Shown here one piece after another: positions 1 to 15,681 of a stretch of DNA of 64,000 bases. The position numbers and the translations under genes were made by a program. The stretch lies in the NCBI RefSeq assembly GCF_009914755.1, contig NC_060928.1; one strand, 5' to 3'. This DNA is from the human T2T-CHM13v2.0 reference genome, Homo sapiens. Numbering within the stretch: the stretch's first letter is position 1; each line of letters begins with the position of its first letter. The notes under the pieces are model-generated. The model saw nothing but the letters and a program-made list of their open reading frames with translations. It was not told where the DNA came from and did not search any database.

Positions 1-53
1 TGTGATCTAGATTCATGCTTATAGACTGTGATCTAGATTCATGATCTAGATTC
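1..53. repeat. Short local tandem duplication
   Basis: TGTGATCTAGATTCATG at 1-17 and 27-43, plus partial ATCTAGATTC at 44-53. Confidence 0.85.
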
Positions 54-101
54 TAGCTAAACTTGTGGAAAACGAACCATGAACTTTAGACATTCATCGC
101 C

Positions 102-265
102 TTTTTTTTTTTTTTTTTGAGACAGGGTCTCATTTTTTTGCCCAGGGCAGAGTGCAGTGGTATGATCATAGCTCACTGCAGCCTTGGACTCTTGGGCTCA
201 AATGATGTTCTCACCTTGGCCTCCCAAAGTGCTGGAATTACAGGCATAAGCCACCCTGCACAGCC
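102..265 (-). mobile_element. Alu monomer (FRAM-like)
   Basis: Poly-T then GAGACAGGGTCTC...CTCCCAAAGTGCTGGAATTACAGGCATAAGCCACC; single arm of about 165 bp. Confidence 0.85.
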
Positions 266-1976
266 TATTTGTTGACTTTAATATTCTATGTATGCATAAC
301 ATAGGGGGATGCACAAGCTGCATTATACAATTACCTGCTGTGGAAAATTCTTTTGAAATATTTCAAAGTCATTGTCTTGTGGAATAACAGCTTTCTTTTC
401 TAACCAGTCACAGGAAGTAAGAGAAATAAAAGTGCTTGAAAATATCCAGTATGTCATTGTCATTTATAACTCAGTAAGCTATTACAGTTTTGTCAGGTCC
501 AATCTCTAAGGAGGTGAATGAAAATATATATCTTGGGCAATTTGACCCCTATCAACATCATGCATCGTGGTTACTCTGACATCCGAAGAAGAGCAATTCT
601 GCTCTGTTAACTTGAAGACTCGAAGTTAGTGGTAAAGGTCACTCCCTCCTTCACCTTTAGCTACTGGATATCAGATTGAAATTAAAGTGAGGAGGTCTGG
701 AGAAGGTGTTCTACATCTTCTGTCAAATTAGCCTAATCCTCATTAAGTTGTCTTGCTAATTCAGCATGTTTGAAGGGCTCCTGACACTATGAGAAATGTC
801 ACCCTATTACTTTAAAGGACTTAAAGGATATGAAGCTTCTTGGTTTGAGTCAATTCCTCCCGGATGCACCCTAGGGCTTAGGGGTGTGTGTGCCCTTCTT
901 AGCTGCTTGCAGGATTGCTGTGCATCCTTGTGTTTAGCAATACAGAATGGCAGCTACATTGATTGGCTGAATAAAACATAAGACAGGAGAAATCCGAAGG
1001 CTGCCTGAAGTACTTGTGTTCTTACATCCTTCACATGCAAGATTTGTTAAAGCAAATAAGTGATACTGTAAAAATAAATGTAATGTAAAAGGTGATAGGT
1101 TATCAAATGTTTGCACTCTAAAATTTAAATAAAATCCCACCAGAAATATTTAAGTGCTGAATTTCAAGTTCCTGCTTGAAACAATTCGTTTTGAAAAGTG
1201 TATTGTTTAGTTGACAGCTTGCTGGATGACACGCAGTAAAGTGTGGGTTATGCTCTCCTCACTAGTAAAATACGTTTCGAGCCATTCTACTTCTGGGTAA
1301 TTCATATTCTTTGCTGTATACACTGTGAATACCTGGCTTCTTTCAAATCACTTTCTCTGATGATAAGCAGCCACCACAACACTGTAGGGTTTACTTTAGA
1401 TGAGGGACTGGAAATGAAATTAGCCATTTAAATAAAACACAAACAATGAAAAAATGTGAACCCGTAACTACTTTACTTTTCTTCCATTCACCTTTTGGGA
1501 AGAATTAGAGTGAGTTAAGAAAGAGAAGCTCGACAGTGGGTATGATATCAAGCTTGAAGTGAATTGGAAAATGTCACCCAAGAGTCTCTAGGTTTCACCA
1601 ACCTGGGGTTGCAAATGGGACCATGATAATAATAGTAGCCAGAATGTTATTATTTCTTGCTCCAAATTTTAATACTGAAGCACCAGGCAAAATCCTCAGC
1701 CTGGTGCCGGTGTCCTCCTTCCTAGCCCTATTGATTTTTCCAGACACTAAGGTCTCAGAGGGCACTGCTTCTGTTGGGCCAGGCACCACAATTGATGCGC
1801 CACAGTCCTCAAAGTGCCTAAATTGGGCTGGGTGCTCAGTGAATCAGGAGAAAATGTCTCTCTCCTCTTTGATAGACTGTTCTGGAGGTCCCAGTATGGT
1901 GCTCTTGTGCATCAATATTTTACAATGCAAAGAAATCCTTGAAATGTTTACTTACAAATCTTTTTTTTTTTTTTTT

Positions 1977-2586
1977 ACATTTTAAAATATATTTATTGAT
2001 ATTTTGGGGTAGATGTGATATTTTGATACACGTATACAATATATAATGATCAAATCAGGGTAATCAGGATACCCATCCCCTCAAACATTTATCTTTTATC
2101 TTTTCTTTGTGTTGGGGACATTACCCAACACAATTTTCCTCTTCTGGGTATTTTGAAATCTATAAGATGTTATTGTTAACTATAATTTCCCTGCTGTACT
2201 ATTGAATACAAGAACTTTTTTTTTTTTTTTTTTTTTTTTTTAGGCAGGGTCTCACTCTGTCGCCCAGGCTGGAGTGCAGTAGCGTAATCTTGGCTCACTG
2301 CAACCTCTGCCTCCTGGGCCCAAGCAATCCTCCCACCTCAGCCTCCTGAGTAGCTGGGATTACAGGCACGTGCCACCATGCCTAGCTAATTTTTGTATTT
2401 TTTGTAGAGACAGCATCTTGCCATATTGCCCAGGCTGGTCTCAAACTCCTGAGCTCAAGCGATCCACCTGCCCCTGCCTCCCAAAGTGCTGAGATTACAG
2501 GCGTGAGCCACCGTGCCCGGCCTGAATACAAGAACTTATTTCTTCTATCTAAGTGTATTTCTGTACCATTATCCAACTTCTCTTTC
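1977..2586 (-). mobile_element. Old L1MA-family 3' end fragment interrupted by an Alu
   Basis: GATCAAATCAGGGTAAT...CCCTCAAACATTTATC...TATTGTTAACTATA resembles the L1MA 3' UTR; resumes after the Alu at 2538-2586. Confidence 0.75.
2218..2522 (-). mobile_element. Alu, full length (AluJb-like)
   Basis: Dimeric Alu with T-run 2216-2241; perfect 15-bp TSD TGAATACAAGAACTT at 2203-2217 and 2523-2537. Confidence 0.95.
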
Positions 2587-5067
<2,481 letters not shown>

Positions 5068-5604
5068 TAAACTAGAGCCCAGACATGTCCATGGGTCCAG
5101 TCCACAGATGTTTGACTAATTGCTCCAGTAATATATTTGCAATCAACGCTCACATCCCTGGCTTTGTTGCCAGACCTGTTTGTTGTGCTTTCCTCTTTGT
5201 CTCCTTGTAATAAATGACCATCCGTGAGTTTCTTTAGCCCCCATGAAAGTTGACTTGAAGGATGTCAGTTGCCAAGTCACAATGTATGTTCATCTTCAGA
5301 TTCAGCAATGAGGCTACCAGCTTCCATGCAAACATTCCTTTGTTGGGCTACCCTTCTAGTCCATTAGACATTCCCAGACCTGTCTGACCCCCAGCTGTGG
5401 ACAAAACCTTGGCTCAAGCCAGGTGGTTAGTGTGAGCCAGAGAGTTTCTTAATGCTGTGTATCCTATTCTCACATGGATAGTGGGATCAGTGTTTCTTCC
5501 TGCTCCCTGGGAAACCTGGGAAGATATAATATTTGATATGTCAAATAACATATTTAGTTGAGGCAAAGAGTAGATCTATTTGAAGTGGCGGTAGGACAAG
5601 TTCT

Positions 5605-5850
5605 TTTGCTCACTGAGTATACCCGCATGTCAGGCATTGTGCTATGTGTTACCTAACTTAATGATCATAAAAGTCTGCTTTGTTTTTATAGTTTATATTA
5701 TTACTCCAAAACAAAGACAGAAACAACCCCTCTTGAAACTCCTGATATCCAGAGTTGTAATAACTTGCCCAAGTTTATTAGGAATCAATTAGAAAATGGT
5801 AGGAGTTTCAAACCTTTGTCAATCAGACTCCAATGCCCATTAACTTCTTT
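5605..5850 (-). mobile_element. MIR, degraded
   Basis: CAGGCATTGTGCTA, TAACTTGCCCAAG and CAGACTCCAATGCCC resemble the MIR consensus in reverse. Confidence 0.55.
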
Positions 5851-5896
5851 CATTCTAATATATTGAAGGTATTTGTATATCCTTCTTATTTATTTT

Positions 5897-6095
5897 TGAG
5901 ACAGGGTCTCACTCTGTAGCTAAGGAGGGGCTGCAGTGGCATGATCACAGTTAACTTCAGCATAGACATCCCAGGTTCAAGTGATTCTCCCACATCAGCC
6001 TCCTGAGTAGCTGGGATTACAGGTGTGTGCCACGACGCCCAGATAATTTTTTGAGTTTTTCATAGAGATGAGGTTTTGCCATGTTGCTGAGGCTG
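5897..6095 (-). mobile_element. 5'-truncated AluJ
   Basis: Right arm plus part of left arm; TSD CTTC(T/C)TATTTATTTT at 5882-5896 and 6096-6110. Confidence 0.9.
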
Positions 6096-7629
6096 CTTCC
6101 TATTTATTTTGAAAAAATATAAAAGGAATCTAAATCCCTGTTTATATTTAGATTCTCCTTACAAATTTCCTCTAAATACATTAGCCTAAACTACATACTC
6201 ATCCTTATTCTTTGCCAGAAACTTTTCACAATAATCTTTTTCCAGAAGAGTTGTTTCAGTATATCAGCACGATAGAGAAGGAGCCACTATTAAGACAAAC
6301 AAGTCTAAGCAATGCTATCATGTGCAACACCTTGTAGCTGACAAAAATTAGCTACTCATATTACTGGAAGCATAGACTTGGATACCTGCCATTTCATCAG
6401 TGGAAGAAGCTTCCTCCCAGTGATAAATTGATTCCAGTTATCTAACAGCCTTCAGGCATCTACCACACTCAGCCAGGAGACCATCAACCCCTTTAACAAA
6501 ATGAGAAGGAAGAGCAAAGCCAATGCCAAAAGAGAACAACAGGGTGTGAAATTTGGTTTATTGTACTCTAAGTCTGTGGACCAGTCAGATCATGTCATAA
6601 ATATGCTCCTCACAGTGCTCTGCCTGGAACTTCAATTACAGAGATAATAAGTACATCTCTAGCACAACTGCTTTCTGTATTTCTGTATTGTTCTAGACAT
6701 TGTAACAAAGAAAATAAGTAATTAGCGGCTTTTTGTGTTAAGTGCTTTAGCTGCAATTTGGCTGGAGTATTTTAAATTTAATTGTTTCAATATTAATCAT
6801 GCATTATTTTGTAAGCAATACTTTATCAACTAAGGAGACTCTTACTGATAGAATGGATGAGTCTGTTCCATGTTTTCTTTGTAACTGTGAATATTTCCTA
6901 ATCCCCGTGTATACGTGACTGGTTTTAACATTTTAACTATTAGATTTTTAAAATATATGTATCAGAATCAAATGCATGAAATCGGTTAATGGGATTGGTA
7001 AAAAAAAAAAGGATGTTAATAAAATACACAAATAAATTTGAAAATTTCAGCATAGTACATATTTGTCTCTGGAAATTTCTATTGATATGTATAAGTAATA
7101 AAATATATATTATTTTTATGGGAAAGTTTTTACCTGCTCTGATTAAGTCTAAAAAGTTAAGAAATAAAGTAAGGCATATGTTACTATGTTACATTATATT
7201 CATCATATGAATCTGTACATGGTTAAAGATGACAGTTTTTTTAATCCTTTAATGTACAGTGTGAAGAACTTTTCATAATTCTTTGATGTCAGATAATGTA
7301 ATATATTGGTAATTATTCGATGATCCTTTATTTGCTACAGGAATACAACTTACATATTTTATTGGTGAAAATTTTACATTAAATTATAATTTCCTAACAG
7401 TTCATTTCACTCAAGAATTTTATTGTGTACCTTCGAATTGGCAAAATGTTTGAAAGTTCTCCATAAGAAGTACTCTCAAATTATGTGGCATATAAGCTAT
7501 CTAAACTATGGGATTTGAAATTCTATGATCTGTGGTTTAGTTTTATACATAACAATAATTAATAAAGCAAGGCACAGTCTCATAAGTAACAGATAAACCA
7601 CCATGATGTACCAAGGCAATGATGAATGT

Positions 7630-7933
7630 CCATCAGCCCCTTTCGTTTGTGGGTTCTGCATCTGCATATTCAATCAACCACAAATCAAATATAGTGTGAA
7701 AAAACATAATAACACAACAATATAAAATACAAAATAACAACTGTATTTATATAGCATGTATATTGTATTAGGCATTATAAGTAATCTAGAAATTATGTAA
7801 GGTATACAGGAGGATGTGCAGAAGCTATATGCAAATATTATGCCATTTTATATAAGGAACTCGCGCATCCTTGAATTTTGACATCTGAGGGGATTCTGTA
7901 ACAAATCCCTCATGGATAGTGAGGAAGGAGTGT
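7630..7933 (-). mobile_element. MER2/Tigger3-type MITE (TcMar-Tigger)
   Basis: TATTGTATTAGGCATTATAAGTAATCTAGA...TATACAGGAGGATGTGCA...TATATGCAAATATTATGCCATTTTATATAAGG matches MER2 in reverse. Confidence 0.85.
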
Positions 7934-8145
7934 ACTTTTGTCAAAGAAAAAAAAGATACTTTATGTCTGGCACTCATATTCTTACATTTATAAACTAATT
8001 CAATTATTAGTATTGCAATTTTATTATTTTTTGATTCATTGTTGAGAAGTATTAAATTTTCTTCCTTGCACAATAAGAATATAGTCCAACTTCACTTTCA
8101 TTTTTTAAAATAAGAGTGTTAGAGATCCTTAGAGAGCATATAATT

Positions 8146-8359
8146 ATGGGCTACAAATTCAAATCAATTCAGGTTCCAGGCAGGTAAGCTAATTGGAGAA
8201 AGCCATTGAGTTGTACAATAACACGGAGTGGTGAAGTCAAGTCAATAGAGACTTGGAGAATGTATTTCTCCTACAAACGCATTAAAAACAGAATACAGCT
8301 CTCACTGAGCAAAACCTAACTATAGGGTATTTACCTAAGGGGGCCAATTTGCACCCCTG
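8146..8359 (+). mobile_element. hAT-Charlie MITE (MER117-like)
   Basis: CTACAAATTCAAAT...CCAGGCAGGTAA...GGAGTGGTG...CCAATTTGCACCCCTG; heavily diverged. Confidence 0.5.
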
Positions 8360-8527
8360 CAGAGGTCCAATGATTTGCCATGCAGATGATCAGAGGCAGA
8401 GCAGAAGGAGGCCTTGCACATTTATTAACTTTTAAAAAGACACTAATTTATTGAAAACCTACTCTGAACAAAACTTTGGGCCAGGGAGGGGGTATTCAGC
8501 ATTGAAACTAACAGAAGTGACAAATCT

Positions 8528-8931
8528 TATCTTAAGTTCATTCTGTGCTGCTATAAGAGAATATCTAAGACTGGTAATTCATAAAGAACAGAGACTTATT
8601 TCTTATAGTTCTGGGAGCTGGGAAGTCCAGGGTAGAGGGGCTGATCTGGTGAAGCCCTTCCTGCTGCTTCATTCATGGCAGGAGGTGGAAGGGTGAGGGA
8701 GCATGAGAGCGAGAGCAAGAAAGAGGCAGAAATGGCAGAACTCACTCTTTTTGTCTGGAATTGACTCTCATTATAACGAATCCACTCCCATGAGAATAGC
8801 ATCTATTCATTTGTGAGGGCGGAGTCCTTATAATGTAATCGCCTCCTAAAGATTCCACTTCTCAACAATGTTGCCTTGGGGATGAAGTTTCCAACACCCT
8901 AAACTTTGGGGGACACATTCAAACAATAGCA
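8528..8931 (-). mobile_element. MaLR solo LTR (MSTC/MSTD-like) within an L2 remnant
   Basis: TGTGCTGCTATAAGAGAATATCTAAGACTGG...TTTGGGGGACACATTCAAACAATAGCA. Confidence 0.85.
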
Positions 8932-9434
8932 CCTATGTTTTCAAGTCACTTATGTCTCTTGACTCAGATGATTCCTGATTAATTCCAGTAATGCAGGTTA
9001 TGATACATTGGGAAATGAAATCCTAAAGGTTTTATATGACTGTTCATGTTCTAAGAATTTAAAAGCTAGATATCCTAGTAATATACTAATATATCTACTT
9101 AAAAAATCCAAATATGTATGTGTAACTTTAAAAAAAAATCCCCACAATAATACTAATGCCTACAACTTTATCTATATGTTGACAAAGCATCTGTTAACAA
9201 AAGAAAGGCAGAAGAATAAAAATATATATTCTCAATTCACTCACACACATAGACATAAACTCACACACACAAAATAAAATGCTCCAAACAAAGGTAATTT
9301 AAAAAGACAGCTCAATTCTTTTTTGTATACTTCTCCTTTAGTATTTAGATAATCAGTCTTGTGAAATAAATTTTTGGAGAGCAGATCATGTAGATTAAAT
9401 TGGCTCTAACCTTTAACACATAGAACAACCTCAG

Positions 9435-9655
9435 AAGCAGAAAGCTAAAATGCTTTCAGTAAAAGGCACTAAATAAAAATATATGTGAAGAGGCGGGTAT
9501 AACAAAATAGGAAGTTTGTTGGGATCTGTGAGTTCTTATTGAACTAGAGTGTAGAAATTGCTCAAAGACATCAACATTCTTCTTTTTAAAAAATATGTTT
9601 TCTGCTAGCTAAAACAAAGCACTTTGTTCTGAATCCCTCCCTAGTCTGTTTAACC
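9435..9655 (+). mobile_element. hAT-Charlie MITE (MER117-like)
   Basis: GTGAAGAGGCGGGTATAACAAAATAGGAAGT...GAACTAGAG pattern; heavily diverged. Confidence 0.4.
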
Positions 9656-10011
9656 TAATTCTTTCCATTGCTTTCCTAAAGCAACTATCTTGAAAAACCA
9701 GTCATGACTTTAAAAAAAAATTACCAAAATCTTCTGGTTTTGATATGGAAACCATTAATTAAAGGAGCAGATTCACTCCAGAATTGCAGCACTTGAAACC
9801 AAATCCATAACAAGTTTTACCAGAACAAGGTTTTCTTCCTATGGGTAATCACTTATTCAATTAAAATATACTTCACACTTTCATTACCTGAACAGAAGAA
9901 AATAGAAGATAATATGTTATAGCTAAAAAATTAAAACAGACACAAAGGAAGAAGAGCACAAGTTCACATCAGGGCTTGGCTTTTATATTTACTGGAAAGA
10001 AGTATTTTCTT

Positions 10012-10316
<305 letters not shown>

Positions 10317-10950
10317 AAGAGGTATTTTCTTACTTTTTAAGGAAACAGGTCCCCACAGTCTTTTTAAAACCAGAGAGAAACATAGCTCCTCAAGCTGGCA
10401 TTAAGACTTTTTGGTATTTGGAAATGCAGTGTTTTAAATCTTGTTGCTTTAAGTACAGGAGATATAAGCTAGAAGAATCACTCATGCTGTCAACCCTTTT
10501 GAGAAATAATACCAAAATCTCTTCCTGCGTCATTAGGTGAAAGCATTTATCATTTAAAAAAATCAGACAGCGGTCGCTTTGCCATAAATTTTCATTTCCT
10601 TAGAAAATATAAAGATCAAAGCATTTCATTTTGTAAAGCATGCATTAATGACCATTACGGTTATCAAAAAAGATTTTAAACTGCTGTGTTCTTGTCCTTG
10701 ACAACTTACAAAGAACCACTTTTTGTGAAGTGGTTCTCCCAGGAATCTGGGATACAATCAGTAATTGATTTTGTTGAGAGATCTAATTGTTTGATAAAAG
10801 CATTATTTCATTTTTTAGAATGGTAACCTTGGGGGAAGAGGTCTTAACCTTTCTTTTTTTTTCACAGTCCTGAAGAGATGTGTCTCTAGATTGAATGGTA
10901 CTGCAAGGTTGACTGAATTAATTGATTGGTCAATTCAGCCAAGTAGCCAA

Positions 10951-10981
<31 letters not shown>

Positions 10982-11229
10982 CCTCATTTGTTTCCTTAGA
11001 GTTGAGTTGATTTTTGTCATTAGACTGAAGAACTAGGCTTCAAATAGACCAGGAAAAGAATTTACACTTTGCCAAACAGAAGCAAATTACTGAAAGCCTT
11101 TGAAACACTTGATCAAAACTGTTTTCATAAAGGCATATTTTTAAGGGTGCGAAAACTCTTATAAAAACTGTCCTTAATTTAGTATCTCCAAAAGTGAGCT
11201 TCTAGTTTTTACCTTCTCATCTGTTTCTT

Positions 11230-11490
11230 CCACAATTTTCTACCATCCATGATTCCCATGTTGTAACTGACTTCTGGTGACATTACTCCTCTACTCAAAA
11301 ATACTCATTGACTTTCCACTGCTCGTGAATCAAAGTAATTCTAGATTCCTTGAAATTTGGTGGTGACTTTCTTTCATCCACTAAGAAGGTACTTGAACAC
11401 TTTCCAAAGCAACCTTTAGACTACTTGCTCTTCTCTGAAATAATCCTTCCTCTATGCCTTTGTATATCTTGTTCAACTGACGCAAATGCA
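11230..11490 (+). mobile_element. L2 fragment
   Basis: GACATTACTCCTCTACTCAAAAATACTCATTGACTTTCCACTGC resembles the L2 3' region. Confidence 0.45.
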
Positions 11491-13140
11491 GGTTTTCTGT
11501 TAATCATCTCGATAGTTAACTGAATGTAACTTCAGTTTATGTATTTGTGGAGCTCCTCTAAGCTACTCCTGGGGAGCATCTCTTTTCCCTGTCTTTTTTT
11601 TCTTGTTTCCTTTCTTCCACTCTACCCATAACCACTAGTTCACATCACAGCTCGGTTTTTCATGGGGCACTCAAATCTGCTGCCTATGTTCAAGCCTCTG
11701 TGTGTTCATGAGGAAAAACTGAACTAACATTGAATGCATGTTACCATTTATCCTCTACGGAACTGACTACACTTTTCCTGCAGTGCTCAAAACCCTGTGG
11801 ATATGTGTCAAGTGTTAAGTACTCATGCTATTACCAATGCCAAAGGACTGCAGAGGTGGAAGTTCCCTGCTGCAAACTATACAAGGGGATACTGGCCTTA
11901 AAATAAACTGCAACACAATCATCATCACTGATAATAAATCTAAAGTGGTCGTTATCTTGGACATGAATGAACTAATTTCTCTGAATTGTTTATGCCTCTG
12001 GGGCACAGTGTAGAGAACAGAGGACTATTGGACATCTGCAGAGATCAGAAGCACATATTCCATTCAGAAAAAAAGATGACTCTCTTTACTTGAGGGCATG
12101 ATATGGCCTTGACTCAATGTTAAATTAACCGCAAATCAGCAAATATCCAGTAGCCATCAGGCTCAACTATTTTTTTTCCTTAAAAAGAAAGAAATGGACT
12201 TTTTACAATGTCTTGCTTATGTCTGAGGCCCAATCCTACCTATTGAATATATACCTGAGCCCCTGTAACTGAGGGCTGAAAATATTTCCCTCAGTGATGC
12301 AACGCCAATCTTGTCAAGTTGTTCAAATAACTTGACTAGGTTGTGGGTGGAATTATCTGTAAAACTTAATGCATCAAACAAAATTAATCTTAGAATAATA
12401 AACTGGATTTAAGTCAATTAGTACTTAATATGAAATGGTATATAAGACAATAATATTTTTCATCTCAAGTAGAAAAAATCTCTAATCTAATACATTAGGG
12501 TTAACTTAGTGATCCAGCAAAGTTAGCTACTATTGAAATAACTTGATCTAGGCAGAAATTTCTATTTTTACAGTTATTGTCACCTTTAAAGCAGTAGAAA
12601 ATTGAGTCTCAGAGCATTTGCTTATTAGGCTTGCACTGAAAGGCTAAATGAATTGTACTGAGTTGATAGGATTTTGGTGTGGCTTTTGAGAAAAGATTCT
12701 CTTCCAATTATTCATAACTTCCAGTATGCCAGTCTCAGAATATTTTCAGGCTCTCATTAGGAGATTTTGGTATTCTGGGTTTGGGTAAACTGCTTTTTGG
12801 GTGGTACAATGAGGAACATTTTAATTTTTTCAATTTGGTTTCTACTTATTCCATATGTGTATCATTTTGGCTAAAATTTATCAAAGAAACTTACTCTTAT
12901 AGTCAAGAGACAGTAATGAAAGTATGGAATTTAAAATTACCAGGCTAAAAACAATTTTGAGGAGTCAAATGCTGAGTTTTAAAAACCCCAAAGAAATAGA
13001 AGATTGTTACTTGAGTAAATGTTGGCCTTCTCTGAATATGCAGTTTATATCAAACTCTAGATTTCAATAGCTGTTGATTGGTAAGGGGTCTTGTCAGTGA
13101 GTTGAATGTCAGAGGAATACATCATTGTCTATAAGGCAAT

Positions 13141-13497
13141 TGTATTAGTCCATTTTCACACTGCTGATAAAGATATACCAGAGACTGGGTAATTTATAAA
13201 GAAAAAGAGGTTTAATGGACTCACAGTGCCACATGGCTGGGGAGGCCTCACAATCATTGCAGAAGGAGAAAGGCATGTCTTACATGACAGCAGGCAAGAA
13301 TGAACTTGTGCAGGGAAGCTCCTCTTTATAAAACCATCAGATTTTGTGAGACTTATTCACTATCATCAAAACAGCCAGGGAGATACCTGCCCCCATAATT
13401 CAACTACCTCCCGCTGGGTCCCTCCCATGACATGTGGGAGTTGTGGTAGCTACAATTAAAGTTGAGATTTGGGTGAGGACACAGCCAAACCATATCA
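13141..13497 (-). mobile_element. THE1B-like solo LTR (MaLR)
   Basis: TGTATTAGTCCATTTTCACACTGCTGATAAAGA...GACACAGCCAAACCATATCA; TG...CA ends; perfect 5-bp TSD GCAAT at 13136-13140 and 13498-13502. Confidence 0.95.
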
Positions 13498-13959
13498 GCA
13501 ATTTAAGTTGTTTCTAAGGAAGACATTCTTGTTCATTTAGCAACAGTTGGTGAAATAATATATAAGTAAGAATGCATTAAGAATTGTAACATATGGTAAT
13601 ACAAATTATGATTTTAATGGACACTTTATGATTTTACTTATATACTTTTCCATAGTTTATGTCGCCTTGATACAAAAAGTCCATATTCATAATGAACATA
13701 AGCCTGGGAAGCTCATATTTGCATAAAACATGGTCCAGAACCAAAATTCATGATTCAATGTGTCAAAAACTGTAAATAAAAACAATCACAGAGCTGTGTC
13801 AAATCTCACTAGTCATGTATCTACACACACAAAAATATTTTTATGCATTTTAGGGATTCCAGCTTCTTCTGAGTATGACAGTAATGTGCTGTCCCCGTTC
13901 TCACACTTTCCTATCACACCTCCACCCTCAACATTCTTGCTCATGTCCCTGCAATTTTG

Positions 13960-15681
13960 TTGAAATTGCTCTTATTTTAGCTCCTAAAGACCTCTTCTTG
14001 CTGATTTGAAAGGGCATTTGATTTTTCTGAAACATTTTACATGGAGTGTCATCTTGAATCATTTTCTTTCTCTGTCTTCCTGACAATATATTCTCTACAT
14101 ATTCTTTTGGTTTGTCTCTTACCCCTTTGGTCATTCTTTCTCAGCCCCCCTCAAGGTGACCTTTTCTCTGCCAAATTTTATTAACTTTAAAACTTAAAGC
14201 TCTTTTTCTTTACCCTTCTCCTTCATCCATACACATCTTCCCTAAATCATCTTCATCTTCTTCCGTGGCATCATTACCATCCACATGCTGATGACTCCCA
14301 AAAGCCAGCATCTCTCTTGAGCTCACACTTAGATGTCTGTGGTAAATATCTAAGGGATTTTCTGTTGAGGACTCATTTTCTAGGAAAGACCCTCCCTTTC
14401 CATCTGCATGTTGAAGTTGTGCTATTGTATGACTTTTCCTTGTACCACAGTTAATCTGTCCAGGCGTGGGCACTTGATTCAAGCTTGGCCAACAAATTTG
14501 TGTCATGAGATTTTTGGGTTAGAGACTGAGAGTCAGGTCAGCCTTTCTCTGAGATTTTGGACTGGAATCAAAGTGGTTGCTCAGGTCAAATGTGCATCAG
14601 TGTTGTGAAATAATCCCATCCATTCAGATTGGTGGTTGAATGTTTTAAATGTCACCTCTAATTGTAGGGTACAAAATTTGGGAATTGTAGGCAGCCATGT
14701 GTACTTTCATGTATACCATGTAAGCAGATAGGACCAGTCTATAAATGAGAGATGGTGAAGTTTATTCTATGTGAATTATATCTTAATAATAATCAACTTT
14801 TAAGCTTAAAAAATTAATCATAAGTAGAGAAAAAGAGATGAGAAGTGCTAAGAGAATCCTGAAGGTATTTAGGTCCCCAAATTCTCTGGTTACTGAGGTA
14901 CAGATGCATCCTTATCCCATTACATTTATAGTACATTGTACTCTTTCTTAAAGCTAGCTTGATTAAAATCTGTCACTTTCAACAAAAAAGATCCTAGTTA
15001 ATAAAACATTCTTCTACCTATTGGACATTTCTACTTCTATGTCATGTACCTCTAATTCTCTGCTCTTCTTCCACCAACACTAAGCTCCAGGTCTGGCACT
15101 CCCTCTGTAGCTCAGTAAGTGCTCTTTACTTATCAAAACCATGGAGCTGGTCATTATCTTTGATTCCTCCTACAATCTCATGCACTCCCTTCCAGTCAGT
15201 CAAATCCTGTTACTTATCCACCCATTTATTTCCATTGCCACTCTACCATCCTAGTCCTCACTACAATTGCCTTATTTGATCACCTTATAACTGGTCTTTC
15301 TGCTTCTAGCTTTGCATTCTCCATTAGGTTCTTACTCCAGAAAGATTTCTTATTTCACTTCACAATAGGACCCCATAATCAGAGCTCTTAGTGACCAAGT
15401 TCATTGTTGCCTCTTTAACTTCATTTCTTGCCGCCACCTTTGTATCATATGCATGAACCAGGCTGAAATATGCATAGTTGCTTGATATGAAATGACTTTC
15501 CTTCTTTTGTCCTCATCAGAGCACCCTGTATGGTAAATTGCCCATTTATCCCTAGTTTGTAAGCTCCTTGCAGGCAGGGATAATGTTCTTTGTTGCATTA
15601 CTATTATAATACAGTGCCTGTCTCATGATAGGCATTCAGTAAATGTTTACTGAACAAATGCATTTGTTAAATGAATGAATG
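13960..15681 (+). mobile_element. L2 (RT remnant to 3' end), interrupted by an MLT1 LTR
   Basis: CATGCTGATGACTCCCAAA (YADD-type remnant) near 14284; 3' end GTAAGCTCCTTGCAGGCAGGGA...CAGTAAATGTTTACTGAA...ATGAATGAATG. Confidence 0.75.
14338..15004 (+). mobile_element. Old MLT1 LTR (MLT1J/K-like) nested in L2
   Basis: GGGCACTTGATTCAAGCTTGGCCAA, GGCAGCCATGT, and 3' end CTTAAAGCTAGCTTGA...TCTGTCACTTTCAACAAAAAAGATCCTAGTTAATA. Confidence 0.65.

Noticed and set aside
1623-1985. 120-aa ORF
   Set aside because: No recognisable domain, and it runs into the poly-T of the insertion. Consistent with a chance ORF.
2581-2585. TCTTT as a 5-bp TSD for the L1PA2 alone (with 5056-5060)
   Set aside because: It is low-complexity, the L1MA does not clearly resume afterwards, and the 10-bp TSD with AATAAA and a pure tail explains the data better. 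It remains the null hypothesis until orthologs are checked.
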